The position numbers and the translations under genes were made by a program. Shown one piece after another: positions 7,944 through 14,071 of a stretch of 21,367 nt of DNA. Within the stretch, counting starts at the first letter, position 1; every line of letters starts with the position of its first letter. Under the pieces are notes generated by a model. That model was given only the letters and a program-made list of their open reading frames with translations. It did not search any database and was not told where the DNA came from. Source of the DNA: Gemmatimonadales bacterium (GTDB taxonomy: Bacteria > Gemmatimonadota > Gemmatimonadetes > Gemmatimonadales > GWC2-71-9); NCBI GenBank assembly GCA_038321865.1, contig JBBQFH010000039.1, forward strand, positions 1 to 21,367, read 5' to 3'.

Positions 7944-9302
7944 CTACCGCTCCGTTGAGTCGAGACTGGTGAGGATTGCCAGGGTCTGGCCGGCGGCGCG
8001 CCGACCTTCGGCCAGCGCGACGATCGCCTGATAGCGCGCCTCCGCGAAGCCGAGGCGCGCGCCGGTCTCCTCGGTGGCTGCATCGAAGAGCGCAACGGCC
8101 GTGGCGAGACCGCCTTCGTATTTCCGGGTGACGATCCGGTGCGCCTCCGCGCTCTGCCCGACGGCCTCCCCGGTGAGCGACATACGCGCGCGGGCCACTT
8201 CCAGGGCGGTGGCCGCCTGCTGCACCTCCAGGCGGCCGCGTGCGGCGGCCGCCTCCGCCGCGGCTGCCGCGGCGTCGCGCCGCGCAGCCGCACTGCGGCG
8301 CCCAGCGAGCTCGGCACCACCGCTGAACGGGGACCAGCTGACCATGATACCGGCGGTCCACGCATCGCGGCCGCCGAACGGCGCGTGCGGCGCGTTCCAG
8401 TCGAGCCGGCCGAACGAATTGACGCGAGGGAGGAACAACGCGTTCGCCCGCTGGTGGTCGGCGGCGGCGGCATCGCGCCCCAGGCGTGCGGCACGGACGT
8501 CGTCACGGTCCGCCGCGGCGCCGGTGTCGGCGGCTGCCGCGAGCGCGGCGATGGCGGTTGTGTCGGGGAGCCGATCGGGAAGCACGAACCCGATATCCGC
8601 CGGTGCCCCCAGCGCGAGCGCGAGCTGGGCCCGGGCGAGGCGGACCGCGCCGCGGGCGGCGATCAACTGGAGTTCCACCTGTCCCGCCCGCACGGCGGCG
8701 AGCAGCGCGTCGGAGCGGGTGACCAGCCCGTTGCGATACTGCGACTCGGCGACGCGCTGATGGGAATGCGCGGCGCGCGCCGCGCTGTCGAGGGCGGCGA
8801 GCGCCTCACCGGCCAGCACCGCGCCGTAGTAGGCGCGCACGACAGCGAGCTGGGTTCCGGCACGGGTCCACGACTCCGCCGCGCGGGCGGCCGCGCCGGC
8901 GCGGAGGGCGGCGCGGCGCCCGAAGAAGGCGTCGGCGTTGAAGATCGGTTGTTCGACGATGAGCGCAGAGGTGAGATTCCCGATGGCGGCGGGATCGTTG
9001 AGCCGCGCGGGCTCGAAGGCGCTCGGCGTCACGCTGCGCTGGCGGAGCGTCGCGCCGAACGCGCCGAGCGGGTCGGTGGTCCGGACGTAGCCACCTTCGA
9101 TCCGGACGGTTGGCAGGACGCCGCGGAGCGCGAGACCCGCGTTCCCTTCCGCCGCCCGGGCATCGGCCGCGGCGATCCGGTTGGCGTACGCACCCCCGCC
9201 GGCCAGCCGCAGCGCGTCGGCGAGCGACAGGGCCTGTGCGGCGAGACCGGCGGGCGCGGAGCCCGACACGAGCAGGACGGCGATCAGACGGCGAAACGAC
9301 AT
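7944..9302 (-). CDS. TolC-family outer membrane efflux protein (452 aa)
   Basis: Signal peptide then LSLADALRLA; repeated OEP helices (YRNGLVTRSDAL / YEGGLATAVALFDA); first gene of the tripartite operon. Confidence 0.92.
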   Translation of the reverse strand: MSFRRLIAVLLVSGSAPAGLAAQALSLADALRLAGGGAYANRIAAADARAAEGNAGLALRGVLPTVRIEGGYVRTTDPLGAFGATLRQRSVTPSAFEPARLNDPAAIGNLTSALIVEQPIFNADAFFGRRAALRAGAAARAAESWTRAGTQLAVVRAYYGAVLAGEALAALDSAARAAHSHQRVAESQYRNGLVTRSDALLAAVRAGQVELQLIAARGAVRLARAQLALALGAPADIGFVLPDRLPDTTAIAALAAAADTGAAADRDDVRAARLGRDAAAADHQRANALFLPRVNSFGRLDWNAPHAPFGGRDAWTAGIMVSWSPFSGGAELAGRRSAAARRDAAAAAAEAAAARGRLEVQQAATALEVARARMSLTGEAVGQSAEAHRIVTRKYEGGLATAVALFDAATEETGARLGFAEARYQAIVALAEGRRAAGQTLAILTSLDSTER

Positions 9303-9360
9303 GCGGGCTCACGATTCAGGCCAGGTTTTGCGGCACTGGCGGGGCCAGGCCAGCGTGATT

Positions 9361-9389
9361 AGTATATAACGATATAGTTGTATAGTCAA
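9361..9389 (-). promoter_or_regulatory. Sigma70 promoter of the efflux operon overlapped by an imperfect palindrome (putative ArsR operator)
   Basis: Minus strand TTGACT(9389-9384)-N17-TATACT(9366-9361). Dyad TATATAAC-gatata-GTTGTATA (9363-9384) spans the spacer. Confidence 0.85.
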
Positions 9390-9436
9390 TCAATTCTTCC
9401 TCCCACTCTTTCTCCGGCGTCCTCGCCGAGGTTTTC

Positions 9437-9769
9437 ATGGCCCGCAAGGAGTTGTCCCCAGAGTTGCTGGCCGGCATTGCCGACCGCTTCAAGGCGCTGG
9501 CCGAGCCGGCGCGGCTGCAGCTGCTTCAGCGCCTCCGCGCGGGCGACGCGACCGTGTCCGCCCTGGTCGAGCGAACCGGCCTGACCCAGGCGAACGTCTC
9601 CAAGCACCTCCAGCTTCTCCTCAGCCTTGGCTTCGTCGCCCGGCGGAAAGAAGGCCTCTACGCCTTCTACCGCCTCGCCGACGACGACGTCTTCCGCCTC
9701 TGCGACCTCATGTGCGGCCGGATGGACCGCGAGCTCAAGGCGCGGCAGCGCATCCTCGCCTCCCGCTGA
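9437..9769 (+). CDS. ArsR/SmtB-family transcriptional repressor with C-terminal CxxxC (110 aa)
   Basis: FKALAEPARLQLL...TQANVSKHL..L...GFV..RKEG...YRL winged HTH. Its only cysteines are in LCDLMC. Divergent from tolC. Confidence 0.93.
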   Translation: MARKELSPELLAGIADRFKALAEPARLQLLQRLRAGDATVSALVERTGLTQANVSKHLQLLLSLGFVARRKEGLYAFYRLADDDVFRLCDLMCGRMDRELKARQRILASR

Positions 9770-9888
9770 CCGACGTAGTGCGGCACCACGATCGCGTCCG
9801 GCACCTCGGCCTGAGCGACCAGCAGCAGAAGGCTCTGGTGGAATACCTGAAGGGGCTGTAACCGTCGCGGGGGCTCCCAGGCGGCGGT
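9764..9888 (+). repeat. Direct repeat copy 2: orphan 3' fragment of the cytochrome gene
   Basis: Encodes LTDVVRHHDRVRHLGLSDQQQKALVEYLKGL* versus LTEVVRHYNRVRHLGLNDLQQKDLVEYLKGL* in the intact gene. It has no start or upstream part and contains the arsR TGA (9767-9769). Confidence 0.95.
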
Positions 9889-9900
9889 ACATTATCGCGC

Positions 9901-11040
9901 ATGCCAGATCGCATCCGAATGGCCATCGCCGGACTCGTGATTCTCGCCGCGGGCGCGGCGGTGGCCGCGTTCGGTAGCCGGCGGGCGCCGGGGACCACCC
10001 GGACCTACTACGTCGCGGCCGACGAGGTGGAGTGGGACTACGCGCCGACCGGCCGCGACGAGATGATGGGCCACGCGCTCGACTCGGTCGAGATGAGTGT
10101 GAGCAACGGGCCGGCCGGGATCGCGAGCCGGTTCCTCAAGGCACGCTACCGCGAATACACCGACAGCACCTTTCGCGTGCTCAAGCCGATCCCGCCGGAA
10201 TGGGCCCATCTCGGGATCATGGGCCCGGTGCTCCGCGCGTCGGTGGGCGATACGCTGCGTGTCGTCTTCCGCAATCACGCGCGCCATCCGTTCAGCATGC
10301 ACCCGCACGGCGTGTTCTACGACAAGGGCTCGGAAGGGGCGCCGTACGCCGACGGCGCGAGCGGCGCGGACCACGAGGATGACGCGGTGCCGCAGGGCGG
10401 GACGCATGTCTATCTCTGGCCGGTACCCGGGCGCGCCGGTCCGGGACCGAACGATCCGTCGTCCATCGTCTGGGCCTATCACTCGCACGCGCATGAGTGG
10501 CGCGACGTGAACGCCGGGCTCATCGGGCCCATCATCGTCACCCGGCGTGGCGAGCTGGCGGCGACCGGCCGGCCGCGTGGGGTGGACCGCGAGTTCGTGA
10601 CGCTCTTCGGCGTCTTCAACGAGAACGACGGCTCCTACACATCGGAAAATCTCCAGCGCTACACCGGCGACACCCTCCGCAGCACGAAGAAGGGCCCGAT
10701 CCTCTTCTCCGGTGTCGGATACCAGGCGATCAACGGCTTCGTATACGGCAATCTCCCCGTCTCCACCATGCGTATGCGCGAGGGCGAGCACGTCCGCTGG
10801 TATGTGTTCAGCGCCACGACGGCGGACGACTTCCACAGCCCGCACTGGCACGGCGCCACGCTGCTGGTGGGCGGCCAGCGGACCGACGTCGCGAATCTTG
10901 CGGTGCCGCTCCTCATGCTCACCGGCGACATGGTGCCCGACTCGCCGGGCATCTGGATGCTTCACTGCCACGTGGCCGAACATATGGCGGCCGGGATGAC
11001 GGCGCGGTTCGAAGTCGTGTCGAGGGACGCAAGCTTTTGA
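9901..11040 (+). CDS. Secreted two-domain multicopper oxidase, ceruloplasmin-like (379 aa)
   Basis: Hydrophobic signal peptide. Copper motifs MHPHG, WAYHSH, HSPHWHG and HCHVAEHMAAGM (T1 Cys/His/Met only in domain 2). Confidence 0.92.
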   Translation: MPDRIRMAIAGLVILAAGAAVAAFGSRRAPGTTRTYYVAADEVEWDYAPTGRDEMMGHALDSVEMSVSNGPAGIASRFLKARYREYTDSTFRVLKPIPPEWAHLGIMGPVLRASVGDTLRVVFRNHARHPFSMHPHGVFYDKGSEGAPYADGASGADHEDDAVPQGGTHVYLWPVPGRAGPGPNDPSSIVWAYHSHAHEWRDVNAGLIGPIIVTRRGELAATGRPRGVDREFVTLFGVFNENDGSYTSENLQRYTGDTLRSTKKGPILFSGVGYQAINGFVYGNLPVSTMRMREGEHVRWYVFSATTADDFHSPHWHGATLLVGGQRTDVANLAVPLLMLTGDMVPDSPGIWMLHCHVAEHMAAGMTARFEVVSRDASF

Positions 11041-11237
11041 AAGACAACCGGCGTCGACGGTCTGCGTGGTGAGCACAATCACAGAAGCGCCGCCGATCGT
11101 AATTCATGCTTGCATTGCCGAGAGGCCGCGGCCGGCAGCTCGCGTTCCATGGCCGGCCGCAGGGTGGATCCGGGGGCGGGCAGGGTGGCTCGGGCGGGGG
11201 CAGCAGCCGGCAGTCGCTGCGCACGCCACTGAATCAG

Positions 11238-11270
11238 AACGCGGGGGTCCGGCAAACGGACCCCCGCGTT
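11238..11270. terminator. Strong hairpin, probable intrinsic (possibly bidirectional) terminator
   Basis: Perfect 14-bp stem AACGCGGGGGTCCG / CGGACCCCCGCGTT with loop GCAAA; only short U-tracts on either side. Confidence 0.65.
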
Positions 11271-11370
11271 GGCGTGGTGTTCCCTTTCCGGACCCGGGTA
11301 TCAGGGCGCGCGGCCCGTCCTGCTCGGTCGTCGCCTTGTAGCGGCCGGTACCGCCCGGTATGCTCCGTGT

Positions 11371-11760
11371 ATCACAGCCTCCCGGCTACCGGTACGCATC
11401 CTCGTCGTCGACTCCTGTTCCTCCCTGCGGGCGGTCGTGGCGCGCGCGCTCCACGACGACGGTTACGTCACCGAGATCGTCGATGACGGCGAAGCCGCGT
11501 GGGAGATGGCCCGGCGCGCCAATCCGCCATTCGGGCTCGTCATCACCAATACCTGGATAGGAACGACGGCGGGAGACGACCTCATGACCGCACTGCGGGC
11601 CCGGTATCCGGGGCTCCCGATTCTGCACCTGTCCGCTGCACCCGAGCGCGACCGGCACGATTTCGATCACGGGGCGCCACCCCGGCCCGAGCCGTTCAGC
11701 GTCCCGCGATTCCTCCGCACCGTCCGCGGCATGCTGGCCGAATCCGATGTTGCCGGGTAG
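11371..11760 (+). CDS. Atypical (pseudo-)receiver domain protein; start uncertain, may be a pseudogene
   Basis: RILVVDS...GYVTEIVDDGEAAW...LVITN...PGLPILHLS...PEPFS receiver fold with phospho-Asp to Asn and conserved Lys to Glu. No in-frame ATG/GTG near the domain; ATC at 11371 follows a promoter. The ORF-track TTG (11269) lies inside the hairpin. Confidence 0.65.
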   Translation: MTASRLPVRILVVDSCSSLRAVVARALHDDGYVTEIVDDGEAAWEMARRANPPFGLVITNTWIGTTAGDDLMTALRARYPGLPILHLSAAPERDRHDFDHGAPPRPEPFSVPRFLRTVRGMLAESDVAG

Positions 11761-11769
11761 GTGCGGAGG

Positions 11770-12147
11770 TCACGCGGCGGGAGGAAGGGGCACCAGCCGG
11801 GTCACATGCCGCATCAGGTCGGCGAGGTCGAACGGTTTCGGCAGGAAGGCGACCCACGCGGGCAGATCGAGCGGCGCCGAGTACGCCGACATCATCAGGA
11901 TCGGCATGTCGCCGTGGTGCCGGCGGATGGTGCCGGCGAGGACGGTGCCGTCCATCCTCGGCATCCGCACGTCGGTGATCACGAGCTCCACGGTCGAGCC
12001 GCGGAGCAGCTCGAGCGCTTCGAGTCCGTCGGTGGCCTCGACGGCGCGATAGCCCGCCCCATCGAGCGCCCGGCGCAGCATCGTCCGCAGCACGGGCTCG
12101 TCGTCGACGACCAGGACCGTGGGCCTGTGAGGTACCTGGGTTTGCAT
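11770..12147 (-). CDS. Single-domain response regulator (CheY-like receiver, ~125 aa)
   Basis: VLVVDDE...LVITDVRMPRMDG...ILMMSA...FLPKPF with all catalytic residues. Start at ATG 12147 (alternative 12159). Confidence 0.9.
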   Translation of the reverse strand: MQTQVPHRPTVLVVDDEPVLRTMLRRALDGAGYRAVEATDGLEALELLRGSTVELVITDVRMPRMDGTVLAGTIRRHHGDMPILMMSAYSAPLDLPAWVAFLPKPFDLADLMRHVTRLVPLPPAA

Positions 12148-12202
12148 GCGCGGCAACATATCACCGACCGGGAGGCGCCGTAAGCTGGCGGTCAGACTGG
12201 CC

Positions 12203-12901
12203 TCACTCCCCATCGAGCCGGTATCCAACGCCCGGCTCCGTGGTCAGCAGGCGGGGCCGCGCCGGGTCGTGTTCGAGCTTGTGCCTGAGCTGCCCCATGT
12301 ACACCCGCAGGTTCTGGGTCTGGCTCACGTAACTGGGGCCCCATACCAGCTCCAGGAGCTGGCGGTGAGTCATGACGCGTCCCGGGTGGCGCACCAGCAC
12401 CGCCAGCAGCTTGTACTCGGTCGGGGTCAGGTGCACTTCGCGGCCGTTCGCGAAGACCCGCCGTGCGGTCAGGTCCACTCGAACGCCGTGCGCGGCAAAG
12501 GCGGCGTCCTCCGATCCGCGATCCGCCGCGCGGGCGTGCCGAAGCGCGACACGGATCCGGGCCAGCAGCTCCACCGTGCCGAATGGTTTGGTCAGGTAGT
12601 CATCTGCCCCCGCGTCGAGCGCCGCCACCTTGTCGTGCTCCCGTCCCCGGGCGGAGATGACGATGATCGGCGCCCGGGTGAGCGTGCGCAGCTTCCGCGT
12701 CAGATCCACGCCATCGGCATCGGGGAGCCCGAGATCGAGCAGGATCACGTCGGGGTTCCGGCCGGCGGCCTGGGCTGCCGCCTCCCGGCCGGTACCGGCC
12801 TCGATCACCGTGTACGCGCTGGTACGGAGCGCCGTCACGAGGACCCGCCGCATCGCGACGTCGTCCTCCACCACCAGCACCGCCGCATCCGTGCCGGTCA
12901 C
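12203..12901 (-). CDS. kdpE: KdpE-type OmpR-family response regulator (232 aa)
   Basis: GTG 12901 overlaps the kinase stop (GTGA). LLDLGLPDADG, ALDAGADDYLTKPFG, LTPTEYKLL and LRVYMGQLRHKLEHDPARPRLLTTEPGVGYRL are KdpE signatures. Confidence 0.92.
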   Translation of the reverse strand: MTGTDAAVLVVEDDVAMRRVLVTALRTSAYTVIEAGTGREAAAQAAGRNPDVILLDLGLPDADGVDLTRKLRTLTRAPIIVISARGREHDKVAALDAGADDYLTKPFGTVELLARIRVALRHARAADRGSEDAAFAAHGVRVDLTARRVFANGREVHLTPTEYKLLAVLVRHPGRVMTHRQLLELVWGPSYVSQTQNLRVYMGQLRHKLEHDPARPRLLTTEPGVGYRLDGE

Positions 12902-13998
12902 ACCGCTTCCGCCTCCGCCTCCGCCGGCACAGCCGCACCGGGCACGACGTCGAGCGGCAGAGTGAAACGGAAAGCCGCGCCGCCGTTCGCGCTCCGCTCG
13001 ACCCAGATCCTGCCACCGTGCGCCGTGACGATGCCCCGGCAGATCGCCAGGCCGAGGCCGGAACCCGACGGCGGGGTGACGCCGGCCGGCGTGGCCCGAT
13101 AGAACTTTCGGAACACCGCTTCGCGCTCGTCCGGCGCAATGCCGGGCCCGTCGTCCGCCACCTCCACCGTCACGGTTGCGCCGGTGTGCGCCGCGCTCAC
13201 CCGGATCGCCGCGTGGGCCGGGGAGTAGCGCGCGGCGTTCTCGAGCAGGTTCACGAATACCTGTTCCAGCAGGACTTCGTCCACCGACACGAGCGGCAGG
13301 TTGTGCGGAAGCGCGACCGCCACCCGGTCGCTCCCAATCAGCGGCTCCAGCCGGATGAGCGCCACGCCGAGGCATTCCTCGAGCGGCTGCCAGCTGCGGT
13401 GGACGGCGAGCGCCCCGGTCTCGAGCCGCATCATATCCAGCAGGTTGGTGACGAGCTGGGCCAGCCGGTGCGACTCATCCACCACTGCTTCGGCCAGCTC
13501 GCGTCGTTCGCCGGGCGACAGCGCGCCGGCATCGGCCGCCAGTACCGTCGCGGCACCCTCGATGGTGCCGAGCGGGGTGCGGAGGTCGTGGGACAGGGAG
13601 CTCAGGAGCGCGGTACGGAGCTGCTCGGCTTCGATCGCCGCGCGCGCGCCGGCCGCCGCCTCCCCCTGTTCGCGCACCATGCCGGTGAGCCGACTCATCG
13701 TGATCGCGACCGCCAGCATGACCACGAAGGTCGGCAGGTAGCGCGCGTCCCCAATGTCGAGGGTGTAGTAGGGCGGCACGAACAGGAGGTCGAAAAGCAG
13801 CATGCTGAGCACGGAGGCAAGGAGCGCGGGTCCGCGCCGGACCCGCGTTGCGATCACCACGACCGCGAGCAGCAGCAGCATCGCGATGTCGATGAGCTGG
13901 AGGCGATCGCGCAGGGCGAGGCACGCGAAGCTCGCCGCGACGATGATCGCCGCGGCGCCGGCGTACTGACCAAGTGGACTCTGCTTCGAATCGCGCAT
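12898..13998 (-). CDS. kdpD: KdpD-like sensor kinase, truncated: 4-TM (DUF4118) + HisKA + HATPase only (~366 aa)
   Basis: Four TM helices with FVPPYYTL; EQLRTALLSSLSHDLRTPL H-box; EQVFVNLLENAARYS; DDGPGI; GSGLGLAIC. Only 73 nt separate it from the divergent gene, so there is no room for N-terminal KdpD/Usp domains. Confidence 0.85.
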   Translation of the reverse strand: MRDSKQSPLGQYAGAAAIIVAASFACLALRDRLQLIDIAMLLLLAVVVIATRVRRGPALLASVLSMLLFDLLFVPPYYTLDIGDARYLPTFVVMLAVAITMSRLTGMVREQGEAAAGARAAIEAEQLRTALLSSLSHDLRTPLGTIEGAATVLAADAGALSPGERRELAEAVVDESHRLAQLVTNLLDMMRLETGALAVHRSWQPLEECLGVALIRLEPLIGSDRVAVALPHNLPLVSVDEVLLEQVFVNLLENAARYSPAHAAIRVSAAHTGATVTVEVADDGPGIAPDEREAVFRKFYRATPAGVTPPSGSGLGLAICRGIVTAHGGRIWVERSANGGAAFRFTLPLDVVPGAAVPAEAEAEAV

Positions 13999-14026
13999 CG
14001 GGGGTGTAAGGATTCTATAAGGATTC
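13999..14026 (-). promoter_or_regulatory. KdpE-type binding site (11-bp-period direct repeat)
   Basis: TAAGGATTC at 14007-14015 and 14018-14026. Minus strand CTTATA-GAATC-CTTACA-CCCCCG parallels the E. coli KdpE site as I recall it, TTTATA-CTTTT-TTTACA-CCCCG. Confidence 0.75.
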
Positions 14027-14071
14027 GCCTTCCGGGGCTGATTCCGGGACCGGGAGCGTACAGCTTCGGGC

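Noticed and set aside
6911..8506. Long N-terminal extensions in the ORF track (MFP from 8506, KdpE from 13375, barrel from 18210, P-II-like from 4282, DUF2892 from 3693)
   Set aside because: They overlap upstream genes; internal starts with RBS, signal peptides or stop/start coupling fit better.
3023..9888. Calling the repeat-bounded cassette a transposon or an integrase-encoding island
   Set aside because: No transposase, integrase, terminal inverted repeats or tRNA target seen; reported only as a repeat-flanked module.
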